Shown here piece by piece: positions 36,251 to 63,845 of a DNA stretch of 63,845 nt. The translations under genes were made by a program, and so were the position numbers. This stretch comes from Salpingoeca rosetta (taxonomy: Eukaryota > Protista > Choanoflagellata). Numbering within the stretch: position 1 is the first letter of the stretch; each line of letters starts with the position of its first letter. Below the pieces are notes generated by a model that saw only the letters and a program-made list of their open reading frames with translations, was not told where the DNA came from and ran no database searches. Location: contig JAWQFM010000008.1 in NCBI GenBank assembly GCA_033442325.1, positions 558,156 through 622,000 of the forward strand, in the 5' to 3' direction.

Positions 36251-38011
36251 CGTGCGTGTGTGTGTGTGTTTGTTTGTCCTGTGGTGGTTGACAGCTGCAT
36301 GTGTGAGTAAGAGATAATGCACAGCATCTCATCACTCCGTCGCGCCATCCCCCGTGGTGTTCGTTGCAGTGTACATCGGCAAGCTGCCCTACAATTGCTG
36401 GCTGAGTGTGAGTTGTGGTGCCATACACCTTATGACCCATTGTCTCACTCGCGCTTGCACACGCGCCACACTTGTGTGTTGACCACACAAATGGCGGAAC
36501 TTGCTTGCACTGACACCCCCCTCCACCTCTACCTCCGCCCACTCACTCACTCGTTCCAACTCTCCCCCTGCCCCTGCCCCGTTCCGTTCACATCCGTTCA
36601 GTCCACAGAGTTTGTGTTCTCGCACCTGACCCGCTCCCAAATTGTGGTGTCGTACGTCGACTGCGCAACCAGCACTCACGCCATTGTCCCCATGACCAAA
36701 GGTCAGTGTGTCTGTGTGTGTGTGTCTGTGTGTCTGTGTCTGTGTCTGTGTGTCTGTGTGTCTGTGTGCGTGTGTGTGTGTCTGTGTGTGTCTGTGTCTG
36801 TGTGTCTGTGTGTCTGTGTGTGTGTGTGAGTTTCTCTGTGTGAGGGTGTCTGTCTGTGTGTCTCTCTCTGTGTAACTTTAGCTTGCTCTCCTGCTTTTCG
36901 CCCTTCTCACGCCATCTGCGTGAATTGTATTGCGTTCAGAAACGGTTGGCGCCTGGTCTGTCCAGGATGTTTGTGGCCGAAACGTGAGTTGTGTTTGACG
37001 ATCATGTCTCTATTGCGTCTGCACTCTTCTGTGCGTGCCGTTTGCCTTGTCGCACCAACACATCTCAGTCATCGTCACGGCATCACGACTAACACTGACC
37101 CGCCACTCTGCACCGTCCTCTTTCACCAACCGTCCATCCAACCAACCATCCCTCCCTCCACCCATCATACCTGGCGACTGCAGGTGCTGGTGAGCTTCAC
37201 GTGTCCGTCCACTCCTCGTGGACTGTTCGTGTTCTCGTTTGCTCCGGCGTCCAGCGACGTCACGCCGCTCACCCTCATCGAGCCCCGTGACTCAACAGGT
37301 GAGGAGTGCAGCGTGATTGCACTGTGTACGGGTTGTGTTGAGTTGTGTTGCTGTGTGTGCATGGGTAGGCTGTGCCCCTCCTCTGCTGCGTGTAATCAAG
37401 CCATCAACTCCCCGCACCATCACCACCACGACAGGGCTGCGGTTTTCGCGGTACGAGACGGCTGCCGGTGATCAGGACGTGCTGGTGCTGCTGCCGCCGC
37501 TGGAGGAGGAGCCAGAGACCAAGGCCCTCCACCCAACAATCCTCGTCCCGCACGGCGGGTGTGTGGCTGCGTGTATGGGTTTCTGTGCGTGTGTGTGTGT
37601 ATGTGTGTGTGTGTGTGCGTGTGGCTGCGTGTGTATGTGTGCATGCCAATTGTTCGTTCATTTTTTCTCCATCCACCTGCTCACCACACCCTTGAAACAC
37701 ACATGCGTACACGCACGCACACGCACATGCACACGCACCTGCAGCCCACACTCTGCAGTGCCTCTCGACTACTTTGCGCTGTATGCCGCGTTTGCGTACG
37801 GTGGATATGCAATTGTGTTTCCAAACTATCGTGGTTCCCTCGGGTTCACAGAGGACACCCTTGAAAGTCTTCCTGGCAAGGCCGGCACCCAGGTTGGGTG
37901 TGTCTGTCTGTCTGTGTGTGTCTGTGTGTCTGTGTGTCTGTGTTTGTGTCTGTGTGTCTGCGTGCTGCAATTCCTTTGCGTATGATTGACCTCCAACCTC
38001 CATCAAGTCAC

Positions 38012-38044
<33 letters not shown>

Positions 38045-38872
38045 GACAACAACAACAACCCCCTCATCCATTGCGCCCGCCCCCCGCCTTTGTGTTTCGT
38101 CCGTTCGTCCGTCCATTCGCTCGCTCCGTGCAGGACGTGGAGGATGTGGTTGCGCTGTGCGACCTCGCCTACAAGAACGAGCCGTCCCTGGACCCGGCCC
38201 GCCTGTTTGTCTTTGGCGGTTCGCACGGCGGTTTCCTCACTGCTCACCTCACCGCGCAGTACCCAGGTCATTGCGATCACATGACAGAGTGCGCAGTGAT
38301 GGTGGTGGCGGTGGTGGCGGTGGTGTGCGTGTAAGCAAGCCCTTCCGTTCCCCCTTTGTCTTCTTCATCATTTTGACTTGCTCTTGTTGCTCATCGTCCT
38401 CTTCTCCTCTCCCTTCCTCCACCCATCCATCCATCCATCCATCCACCCATCCATCGACATTCACGTTTCTGTACTCACCCGTACCCCCATCCCCATTTTC
38501 CCTCCACTCACCCTGCACACGCCCTGCAGACAAGTTTGTTGCCGCGGCCATGCGTAACCCGGTCACCGACATTGCTGCGATGGTGCACGTCACAGACATC
38601 CCCGACTGGTGCTTCGTGGAGGCGGGTCTGCCCATCAAGCCCATCGCTTCCATCACCGCAGAGGATATGGCGGCGATGAAGAAGGCGTCACCGCTGCCCT
38701 TTGTACATCGCGTCAAGAGCCCGACACTCGTCCTCATTGGCGACAAGGACCTCCGTGTCCCGCCCTTCCAGGTACGTGTTGGTTGCTCGCTTTTGTTGTG
38801 TGTGTCTGTGTGTGTGTGTGTGTGTGTCTGTGTGTGTGTGTGTCTGTGTCTGTGTGTGTGTGTGTCTGTGTC

Positions 38873-38918
<46 letters not shown>

Positions 38919-39229
38919 TTAACCGTCTGTCTGAACTGTTCGGTTATCTGAACTGTTCCCTTGGCTACCTGCCTGTCTTTTCAAATTGGTTTACCTCCTC
39001 TCCATCCACCACCACCACCATCACCACCACCACCACCACCACCACCACCACCACCACCACCACTGTCGTCGCTGTGTTCAAGGGCCGCCTGTGGTACTAC
39101 GGCCTGCGCGAGAACGGCGTTGAGACGAAGCTGTTCACGTACCCTGACGACAGCCACCCGCTCGCCTCCATCGCCTGTGCCAGCGACGTGTTTGTGAACG
39201 TCGCCCTCTGGTTCGGCCGCTTCCGCTGA
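34436..39229 (+). CDS. APEH: Acylamino-acid-releasing enzyme (S9 prolyl oligopeptidase family)
   Basis: HGG|[11 protein letters not shown], nucleophile GGSHGG, RNPVTD, DIPDWC, catalytic Asp in GDKDLRVP and His in DDSHPL. Confidence 0.92.
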
Positions 39230-39455
39230 TTTGCTGCGTCTCATCGCACTGCATTGCACATGGCCGCACCGCTCGTGCTTGCGGTTTGTTTCACTGTGTG
39301 GTGTGCGTGCGTGCGTGTGTTCGTTGCCCAATTGCTTCAAAGCATCGATCGTTTATGTGCTCGTAGCATGGTTCCCCCAGAGCACTGCAAGTTCCAGTTC
39401 ATTAAACGCACACACACACACACACCAGTCAAATGAACATGCACACGCAAAATCC

Positions 39456-40320
39456 TCAAATGCGTTTCATTAAGATCTCATAGGGTGCGTCTGGGTCGTT
39501 GTGCTTCGATGGAGAGTGATCCGCAATTGAAAACCTGTTGTGGCGTGGCCATCGCTAGCAGTGAGCTATGAGCACACCTCAAACACCAGTGCACGTATCA
39601 GTTTACAAGCGTATGGCGCATGCACAGGCACACGTATTCTCACGCATGCACACAAGACACATACACATTACCACACCCAGTTCGTTCGTAAAAGCGAAGC
39701 GCGTCGTTGTCTGCAGCGAAAGGTGTGATGGGTTGATGAGATATGGCGATCAGGGAAACAATTGCTCAAGCCAACCTGCTGCACACACACACATACACAC
39801 ACACGTACACACATACACACATACACACATACGCACATACGCATACACACATACACAAACACACGTACACATACACATATACACATACACACATGCATAC
39901 AGATCAGTTCGCGTGCTCACCTTTGAAGCACGTGAGGGCAATGCCAACCATTCCGATGTGTCTTGCCACGTGTTCCAAGCACTGGCAGCAAGCAACCCAC
40001 ACGCAGGGTGCGTAAGCAGCGCTGTGGCTGGACTCACTGGCACCATGTATTGCATCAGCTCACGCACCCCCGCAACACAGTGCACGCGGTCACATACAGG
40101 GCTCAAATGAAAGAATGTATGTGTATGTGTGCACGCACCTCTACCAGGAATTTCCCGAGCCCCTTGCCTTTGTGACCTTCTGCCACATGCAGTTCATAGC
40201 AATACACGACCCACTGCTCATCTTCCTCGTCGAGTAAGAAGATGGTGAAGCCAATCAACTGCGCTTGAATGAACGTCCACATGTGTGTGTGTGAGTATGA
40301 GTGTGTGTGTGTGAGTATGA

Positions 40321-40360
<40 letters not shown>

Positions 40361-40882
40361 TAGAGCTTAATGGGTGGACGGATTGCAGCACACTCCGAAC
40401 CAGTGCAACGAACGCCCTCCCCCCCCCCCCCCAACCACACACACAAAGAAACGCAGTGAGACATGTGCAGACAGCATGCATGACAATGCCACATGCACCT
40501 GTTGCTGTTGCAACAAAAGGATGAAGTGCATGCCCTCAGCAAACAGCTCGTCCTCCTTTTCTGACCAGTCCCAGCCGTGTTTGTCGTACGCCGGCCTCAT
40601 GCGATCCAGCATCGTCCAGATGTCACTCAGGTAAGGTGACTGCAGCACCTTGTCATGTGTCCAACACCGGGCCTCCAGTGCGTCCCTTTCTGCGCGGCCA
40701 CCATCAAGTGCGCTTCCCGCATTTCGCTTGTCTCCCTCTTCACGTGCCGCTTGCTCCACATACCGCTGCTGCTGTTGCTGCTGCATGCATCGTTGCTGCA
40801 TGTATCGTTGCACCTCGTTCACAAACAGTGGCGAGTGGTCCTGCTCAGTGTCAAACAACTTCTTCTTCTCCGCTTCCGCCAT
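39456..40882 (-). CDS. NAA40: N-alpha-acetyltransferase 40 (NatD)-like GNAT
   Basis: Exons 40882-40499, 40258-40139, 39981-39921, 39710-39677 and 39534-39456 join in frame. They give [61 protein letters not shown] and YEILMKR, matching NAA40 family motifs. Confidence 0.85.
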
Positions 40883-40981
40883 GGCTAGAACTTTCACTAA
40901 TGTGGGAGTAAATATTCTACAAACACATCGATCTCCAGCCAGACAAAGAGGGAAGAGCAAACACCCAAAGCCACCAATGCC

Positions 40982-47591
<6,610 letters not shown>

Positions 47592-48124
47592 AGCGTGCAG
47601 CGGTGTGACGTGGTGCGGTGCAGTGTGGTGGCAAATCAGGTTTCTCACCTCGTCATACGCACCACATCATCATCATTCACTTGGCTGTGATTTGGCAAAG
47701 TGTGTGTGTGTCTGTGTGTGTGTGTCTGTGTCTGTGTGTGTGTCTGTGTGGCTCTGTGTGTGCCTGTGTGTGTGTGTGTGTTGTGTTTGTGCGTGTTGGG
47801 TTCGCTACACTTCAACGGCCGTCGTTGTCCTCTGAGATCGTTTTTTGCAGTGTGGTCGTCTGTATTGCTGAATGAATGAAGGACGGCTTAATCAAACAAA
47901 ACATGACACGACACAAAACGCTGGAACATGGATCTCAAGAGAGGAAAGGACACGCCTCTCCTCCAAGTGTCACCCATGACGGCGGCGGAGGAAGAGGGTG
48001 AAAGATGATGAAAGATGCAACTACACTGCCACTGTAACAGTCTGCAGACTAAGAACACAGCTGGCATCCACGACAGGCGACATCACAACACAAGAGCGTG
48101 TGTATGTCCCATGTTGCATGCAGC

Positions 48125-55521
<7,397 letters not shown>

Positions 55522-56314
55522 CGCCGCTTGTTCTTTGCTTCTTGTTGTCTTGTTTGTTGTCGACGGCTGGGGCTGGCAGTTGCTCTTCGTTGGGGGTGTG
55601 CGATTATTTGTTAGTGTCTTAATGATATTTTCCACAACCACAGTTGCTACTGCTTGTGGTGCATGGTCCTGTGTCCTTCATAAATCCTGACGGCAGGATT
55701 CGCCACTCTTCGCTCCTCCATACGCTGTTCCCTGCACGCATTCCACAACCACCGCGCGAAAGACAACGACTACACACGCACACACACACACAACGGTCTC
55801 ACAAACCATGTCACCACAGCAAAAGGCCAAGCAAGGAGGAGCAGTCTCATCCCATCACCATCCATCCTCCAGCGCTCAATCATCAACGACCACAACAACG
55901 CAAAGACTGTCCAGAAGCATAGAAGCAAGCAAGCAAGGAAGCAAACCAGAAACAGACACAAACACTCACGCGCACACCCACCCTCCACCAACCCCTTTAC
56001 CAAGCGGTGGTGCAGTGCTGATTCGCACCTTCAGCACAAGACATCAAGACAACAACACAGCGCAACAAACAAGCAGGCAGTCCCTTCTCTCCTTCTCCCT
56101 CAGAGCAAGCCTGCTCGCTGTCAAAGAAGTGCGTGCACCAAAGCAGTGCTTGCTTGCCAGCAACGCAGTGCGTACACCACTGCAAGAACCAGGGACTGTC
56201 GCAGCTGCAGGCAAGCCAAGCAAGCTAACTACTAGCTTACTCGCTCACAGCATCAGAGTTCTTGTCACCAACCGAGAAGCCAAACCGCCCACCCACCCAC
56301 CCAGAGGGACAGCC

Positions 56315-57860
56315 ATGGCGGACTACCTCGAGATCAAGGGCGACGCAAGCGCGCCAGATAACCTCGTCAGCCTCAACAACCTCACCGAAGACACCATCGT
56401 GAGTGGCTTCCATCTTGCCATGCTCTCTGCACACGCCCACAGCACAATAACCATCACGTACACGTACACATGCACACATACGCACAAAACGCACACATGC
56501 ACACATGCGCACACACGCACACATCAACTTGGTTGTTGCATTCGTCGCTGACTACGGTCCTCGTGGCTGCTTCTGTTTGTTGCTGTTGTTGTTGTTGTTG
56601 TTGCTCATCGTCATTGGTTGTCCCGCTGGTGTTGTTGTAACTAAATTGTTCCTGGCTGAACAGATGGACGCCTTGCGCGAACGGTACACGAACGATGAGA
56701 TTTACACCTACGTCGGCGACATCTTGCTCGCCATCAACCCCATGAAGCAACTGGCCATCTACAACAAGAGCCACCAACAACGGTCCGTTGCCCACTTGTT
56801 CCACTTGTTGTTGTTCTTCTTCTCCGCTTGTTCGCGCGGCCGCACCGCCACGACATGTGCATGTGTGCGAGTGATGCATGCTTTGGGCTTACGTTGCTTG
56901 ATGGCGCTGGAGTATGTTGTGTGTGTGTGTGTGAGTATGTGTGTGAGAGAGTATGTGTGAGTATGTGTGTGTATGTGTGTGTGTATGTGTGTGTGTTGGC
57001 AGTTGTTGCCTTCAACAAATGTCATCATCCCGACACAACTAATGCGTGGCGAAATACGCTCCGACACCGACAGGTTCAGCGTGCAGAACGAGTCTGCAGA
57101 TTCAAAGCCACACATCTTCGATGTTGCTCGCCGCGTGTATCAGGTGACGTGACATGCCATGCCAATGGCAACAATAGCATACACAGTATTGAGAGAGGCA
57201 GGAGTGTACACAGAAGTACATGTCAGTCTCCAAAATTGTCGTCAGAGTTGAGTTGCATGCCAGCAACTCATGTTTCCTTCGCCTTCCCGCTTCCTCCTCA
57301 CGCACACACACACACATATACCCGCATACACACACATACACACATACGCATACACGCATACACGCATGTACACACATCCGCACATACACATCCGCACATA
57401 CACATCCGCACACAAATCACAAACGACAGAACATGCACGTGTCGCGGCGCGGGCAGTGCTGTCTCATCAGCGGTGAAAGTGGAGCCGGCAAAACCGAGAC
57501 AACCAAGTACTTTCTCAACCAACTTCTGCGCTGTGAAGGTGACGACGACACCATGGCTCGCAGCTCAACCTTGCTGTTGTTGTAGCGTAATTGTAATTGC
57601 TGATGCCGCTCGCTGTGGGGGTGTTGATGTTGCTGGTTTGTGGTTGCAGTAAGTCAATCCATGCTTGCAAGCAAGTTGCACTGCAGCATGGACGTGACCC
57701 ACCCAAACACAAAGGACTCACTGCCTATTGTACGCATCCCCACAGACGGCACGAACCAGCTTGAGGAGATGATTCTGCTGCTCAACCCCATCTTTGAAGC
57801 ATTTGGCAACGCGCGCACCGTTCTCAACGACAACTCCTCTCGCTTCGGCAAATTCCTCGA

Positions 57861-57900
<40 letters not shown>

Positions 57901-60900
57901 CCTCTGTGTGTGTGTGTGTGTGTGCTCTGTGTGTGTGTGTGTACGTGTGTGTGTGTGTATGTCTATGCCTACTATCCTACGCGAATGCGTAAACAATGGC
58001 TTACAACACTCGCGACCATTGCCTCGCTTCTACGCCTTGCATATTTACGGCCGCAACCACTCCTTGTTGCCCTATGCTACCTTCCCCAACCTTGCAAACA
58101 CAGTGCTGTATGACAACGAGGACAACCTGCAAGCCATGCCTGTTGTTGGCGCCCAACTCTCAAAGTACCTCCTTGAGAAGTCTCGTGTGACAACACAAGC
58201 CCCTGGCGAGAGCAACTTCCACGTCTTCTACTACTTCCTCTCCGGTGTCTCTGACGAGCGGTGAGTAGTGATCTCTCTAGATCACGGTCGTGTGTGTGTG
58301 TGCGTGTGTGTGTGCGTGTGTGTGTGTCTGTGTGTGTGTCTGTGTGTGTGCGTGTGTGTGTCTGTGTGTGTCTGTGTGTCTGTGTGTCTGTGCCTGTGTG
58401 TGCCTGTGTGTGTCCCTGCGTGTACCACATGCTCTTCACACTCACACGCATTGGCATACCGTCACTCACCTCCCACTGACCTTTATGCTGTCACCACTGC
58501 CGCCATCACTGCAGCCGTGACGAACTCCACCTGAAGCCAGCTCACGAGTACAACTATCTCAACCCAAAGCGCTCGGCCAGCGCCAGGAAAGGCGGCAACT
58601 TGGCAGCAGCCTCCAAGGGTGACGTGAGTTGTGTTGAGCACATGCGCTGCGCAGATGCTGGGTGCTGAAACACGACCAACGTGATGTGTGATAAATGTCG
58701 AGTCTTCTCCCCAACACCCTGTTGTCTCAGTCACGGGCAGTTGCGTGGCTTTGGCTGCGACTGTCGCACGTGACGTGCCATGCCCTGAAATCACTTGCAC
58801 AGCATCCACACGGATGCACACCCACTGTTGCGCCAGCTTACACATCCAGTCACATGATCATTCCCTACAATTGGCACACACGCACTCGCCTTCACATGCA
58901 CGCGCGCACACACACTGTTTCGTGCGTGGCAACAGATGCCCGCCACGGTACTGTCAGAGAGCGGCGCGAAGAACTGTGCAGACCAGTTTGCCGAGGTGCT
59001 GAATTGCCTGCAGGCAATTGGCCTCACAGACGCCGAGCGCTGGGAGATTCAACGCATCCTCGCCGGTGTTCTCGAGCTCGGAAACCTCACGTTCACCAGC
59101 CAAGGTTCGCACTTTCACATTGTCAACTCTGCATGCTGCAGTTTACAATGTCCTGTTTTGTAGTGAATTTCATGTCACTGGCTGGTCAGAGTTAAGCACA
59201 GTCTTATGTGCACTGTTGCTTGCATCACACACACACACACACACACGTCCACATTCCCTAAACAATTTCTTGTCCAACGCTTTGGCTCTATTGCCCACAA
59301 ACATCACTCACTCAACACCATCTACAACACACATATTCCCGACCACTGCACCACTGACAGGGTCTGGCGAGGACGCTGATGCTTTTGACGGCCACATCCT
59401 TGATCCTGCAAACCCGGAATGCCTCGAAGCCGTTGCAGATGTGCTCGGAATCTCTGCGGTGAGTTGCTTCACTTCATATTCTTGTTGTGCCCCTGTTTAC
59501 AATTCATTGCTCCTGATGAAATTCACCACCACGTTTGTCTGCATGCTTGCATGCACATAGGATGACTTGCACGAGACCATCGTCACCACGTCCTTCACCA
59601 CCGCCGGCGAAACATTCACAAAGCCAAAGAGTATGTGAAAGAGCTGATATGTCGTTACAATGCGTGCGTGCGTGTGTGTATGTGTTTGTGTGCGTGCGTG
59701 TGTGTGTGTGTGTGTGTCTCGTGTACGGCCAGGCAAGTTGAACCCAACCCTTGCAACGTCATGCACAACTCCATACATCGCTCACATATGCCTTATGGAT
59801 ACGATTCTAATCTGCTTGCAGGCATGGTGGAAGCGTTTGATATTCGCGACGCCATCGCCCGCGCGCTCTATGACTCCCTGTTTGAGTACCTCGTCAAGCG
59901 GTCAAACCAACTCCTGCACACACGAGCAGCAGAGTAAGTGTGTTTACCTGTTTCTCTATGTTTCGTCAGGTGGCTTGGTGCTCAGTTCTTTGATCGCACA
60001 CAAGCTCTCTTGCTTTCATGACGAGCACCCTAATCACGAATCACGGCTATTTCTGTTGCTGTTAGCATTCATATCTTCCACACACATCCACTCATCCACG
60101 CCCACGTGCACATAATTGCACACGCATGCGTTGGCTTACACACATTTTCTGTCTAAACCAAAACAGCAAAGATACGTGCAGCATCGGTGTGCTTGACATC
60201 TTTGGTTTCGAAAGCTTCGCCGTGAACGGGTACGAAAACCCGCACACTTGCACCTCATTGCTCCAACCACTGCGACATGCACACGTCAGAGCTGTTGTGT
60301 TGCACCATTACAGCAGCCACCTCGTTTCCTTTCGTTTCGGTTCCTATGACTTTCCTCTCACCGCGATTGCTGCTGTCTTGTATTGGGGGCTATTATTCTG
60401 CGCTCTCCGTTGGGGTTGCTCAGGTTTGAGCAGCTTTGCATCAACGTCGCGAACGAACAGCTGCAGAACTTCTTCAACTCCCACATCTTCAAGGTACTGC
60501 CTGACTGGACTGGGTGGAGGTCTGTCTTTGCTTGCATGCATCTGTGTCGCGTAGTCTCTGGTGGTCTGACTTGCTCCGCGTTCATCTCATGATGGGTTTT
60601 GACAACAACACGTGGTTTGCGTGATGCCCTAACAGCCACTGCCCTCCCATCCTCCCATCCTCCCATCTTGTTCTCGCCATTTGCTCAATGCATATGTATC
60701 ACGGTCACCGTATATGCTTCCACACTGCTGCTCCCTATGCACCGCAGATGGAATTGGACGAGTACGACAAGGAGGGCGTCAAGGGTGCTGTCATCAAGTA
60801 TAACGACAACACGCAGCAGGTGGATTTGTTTCTCAAGAAGCCTGTTGGCCTTCTCCTCCTCCTCGATGAAGCTTCCCGCTTTGCGCGTTCCACCGCTGCC

Positions 60901-63404
60901 TCTGTCAAGGTTCGCGTGAGTGATGATGTGCTGTGAACGCGATTGAGAATGAAGCCGTGTGTAAGGATAACATATTATGGCGTCTGTGACGTCATGCGGA
61001 TACGATTGCCGTTTCTTGACCTCAACATTTCCCTCACCAAAATCTTTGGCCTTTCAAACACACACGCGCACGTGCGCGCAGAACAAGTTTGACAGCCACT
61101 TCAAGGACCACCCGTTGTATTCACCAGCAAAGAAGAACCCTGAATGCTTCACAATCGCACACTACGCGGGCAGCATCACGTACAACAGTCATGGTACAGT
61201 ACACGCACACACACACATACACACGCAAGCCAGCAATCCTGGTCCTACACCGATAACAATAGCAGCAGCAACACCCGACTCCATGACAGTGTTATGCTAT
61301 TATGGCATGGCATAACACATATGGTTTGATTGCGAGTGCTTGCTGTTTCGTGTGCTTTTGCGATCATGCCACAGCACATGCACCAGTGCTCATCGCACCA
61401 CCATGCCACGACCTGCCATTCCTCATCTGCCGCAGGCTTTCTTGAACGCAACCGCGACAGCCTGCCTGATTCAGCACAGGATGTGATGGGCGAGAGTTCG
61501 CTCGCCCTCATTCGCTCATTCTTCAAGGTCAGTTGGTGGCTTCCTCCACCTGCGCACATTGCCGACGCTGCAAGCCTGCCCAGTTCTCTATTGCAACTCT
61601 TGTCCGCAGCGCACCAACCGCTCACGGTGCAAGGATGCCCTCTGACACACACGCGCACACATGCACACGCACACACACACACACACACATACACACCACA
61701 CCACACCACACCACACCACACCACACACACGACATCAGGGCGCTGGAACCAGCTCTCGTGGTGCTGGTGGCGCATCGCACATTTCTCCTACGCGGGCCAA
61801 CTTCAAGCACAAGAGCAAAGCGTGAGTCTACTCATTGCAGAGTACGCGCTTGTGTTGACAGCTCGCTCGTGTGCGTGATGGACACGGACATCAAAGCGTG
61901 CGCTCACACCACACTCTCCTTGCTTCATTTGCCAACTGTGGCGATTGGCAGCCGTTTCAGTCGCAAGCACAAGAGCCGGCGCGGGAGCCACGACCACAAG
62001 TCAAGCGGCATGAAGGCGCTTAGCTTTGCGCGCAACCTCTTTTCGCGACGTGGCAAGTCTCGCAAGAGCAAGAAAGCCAGCCTGAAGCGCGTGCAATCAC
62101 GCATGGCGCCAACGGTGGCTGCTGTCTTTCGCCAATCTCTGGCGGTGAGTACAACGATCTGGGTGTGTGCGCGTAGGTGTGTGTATGTGCGAAGGTGTGT
62201 GTATGTGCGCGTGTGTGTGTGTGTGCGTGGGTGAGTGTGGGTGTAGGTGTATCCATGTACATGGTTGATGCTATACGAACGTACACACAAAGCGCATGTG
62301 TATATGGGTGCGTGCAACATGTCTTCAGCACAGAGGTTGTTCGGGCATGCCCATTCCACACTAATGAGCGACACCACTGCTTTGGGTCCTCACTCAGGTG
62401 CTAATGACGAAGCTGAATGCGCGGGTGCCATACTTTATTCGCTGCATCAAACCAAACCGCGAGAAGAAGGCAGGCTTCTTCGACGCCAAAGCTGTTCGAG
62501 AGCAACTCACCTACACAGGTGTGTTGTGTGTGTGTGTGTGTAGTGTAGTGTAGTGTAGCGTAGCATGCGTGCGTGCGTGCGGGCGTGTGGTTGTGTGTGC
62601 GTGCGGTTGTGTGTGCGTGCGTGCGTGCGTGTGGTTGTGTGTGTGCGTGTGTGTGCGCCGCTTATTGGACAGCGCGTGTTTCGCTGTTGGGCTATCACTC
62701 AACCTCATACGCATCGCTGCTGGTGTTTTCAAACAGGTGTGATGGAGACGACCAGCATCCGCCAGTGCGGCTATCCTGTTCGCTTGCCATTCAAGACCTT
62801 CTTCAACATGTACAAGGTCAGCATGCCACGTGTGGACGGACGCATGTGAATTGAGCGGAGCTGCTCTGCTTTACCCTGCATATGCGATGTCCCTCGACAC
62901 TGACTGTGACGCACGCACGCACACACGCACACACACACGCACGCACGCACGCGCACACCCACAAACACACTCGTGTGCACAGGCGCTGGATGGGTCAGCC
63001 ACAGACGGAGAAGACGTCAAGTGCTACAAAACAGCGTGTCAGTCGTTGTTGCAGAGGGCGAACCTCAAGGACTGGGCCATGGGCAACACCAAGGTGAGAT
63101 GGTGCGCTTGTGCACTCCCTCAAGTGAGTGTGTGTCTTTCTGCACTCTTCTCTCCCTGCCTGTCAGTCATCCTTGTTGGGGTTTAAGATCCCAGCTCCCC
63201 GCGTTCTCACCACCGATTCACGCGTGTGGCCATTGTCTCTTGTGTTTAGGTCTTCTTGCGGTATCACCACTCCGATGAGCTCGCAGCCAAGCTTGGTGTT
63301 ATGAACAAACATGCAGCACACTTGCAAGCATGTGTGCGTGGCTTTTTGTCGCGTCGCAAACTGCCTGCGCTTCGCGAACAAGGTACACAGCACGCACTTG
63401 TGCG

Positions 63405-63453
<49 letters not shown>

Positions 63454-63845
63454 GCTAGCTGTTGTATTTGAGGATGGTGTGCTAGAAGCTTCACCTCCCA
63501 CTTGATACCCCACTGACCGTCTCTCCTTTGCTCTCCACCCCCCCCCCTCACCCACCCAACACTCGTACAACGCCAACACAACACAACACAACACAACACG
63601 ACACAACAGCGGAAGAGCGGAAGAAGAAAGCGGCAGAGGCAAACGCACGCGTGGGCGAGGAGGGAACCACGGTGTTCACGCCACGCGGTAGCTGCATCTC
63701 TCTTCATGTGGACGACGGTGATAGTGGCAATGGCGCCCGTCTCATCAGCAACGGCAGCAACTTGTCGCTTCTCACCCAGAAGCTGGCTACGTCCGCGCGC
63801 ACGCCATCGCAGTCGTCCGACCTCACGTCGAAGATGTCTCGCCAC
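56315..63845 (+). CDS. Myosin heavy chain, class III-like motor without N-terminal kinase; partial, continues past window
   Basis: [15 protein letters not shown]-loop [75 protein letters not shown] and IQ motif [14 protein letters not shown]. The class assignment is inference. Confidence 0.92.

Overview
Eukaryotic, GC-rich, intron-dense DNA with microsatellite-filled introns. The gene content and intron style suggest a choanoflagellate such as Salpingoeca rosetta (inference). Most ORFs in the supplied track are repeat artefacts. Manual splicing gives 11 protein-coding genes, in order: an intron-containing IS630/Tc1/mariner-type DD83E transposase gene (runs off the left edge), a MAPKAPK-like kinase, MRCK/CDC42BP, a ~2500-aa PPR protein, a PA-TM-RING E3 ligase, a second gene with only the N-terminal HTH module of that transposase, APEH, NAA40, VPS51, an ARM-like repeat protein with a degenerate TIR-like domain, and a class III-like myosin (runs off the right edge). 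Best leads: (1) the transposase and its DDE-less paralog share an intron position and both sit head-to-head with host genes, suggesting a domesticated transposase-derived regulator family; (2) the ARM/TIR-like protein apparently lacks the NADase glutamate; (3) a 7-nt microexon supplies a RING zinc ligand; (4) two tandem duplications copy 5' splice sites in MRCK. All gene models were hand-built without RNA evidence or database searches.
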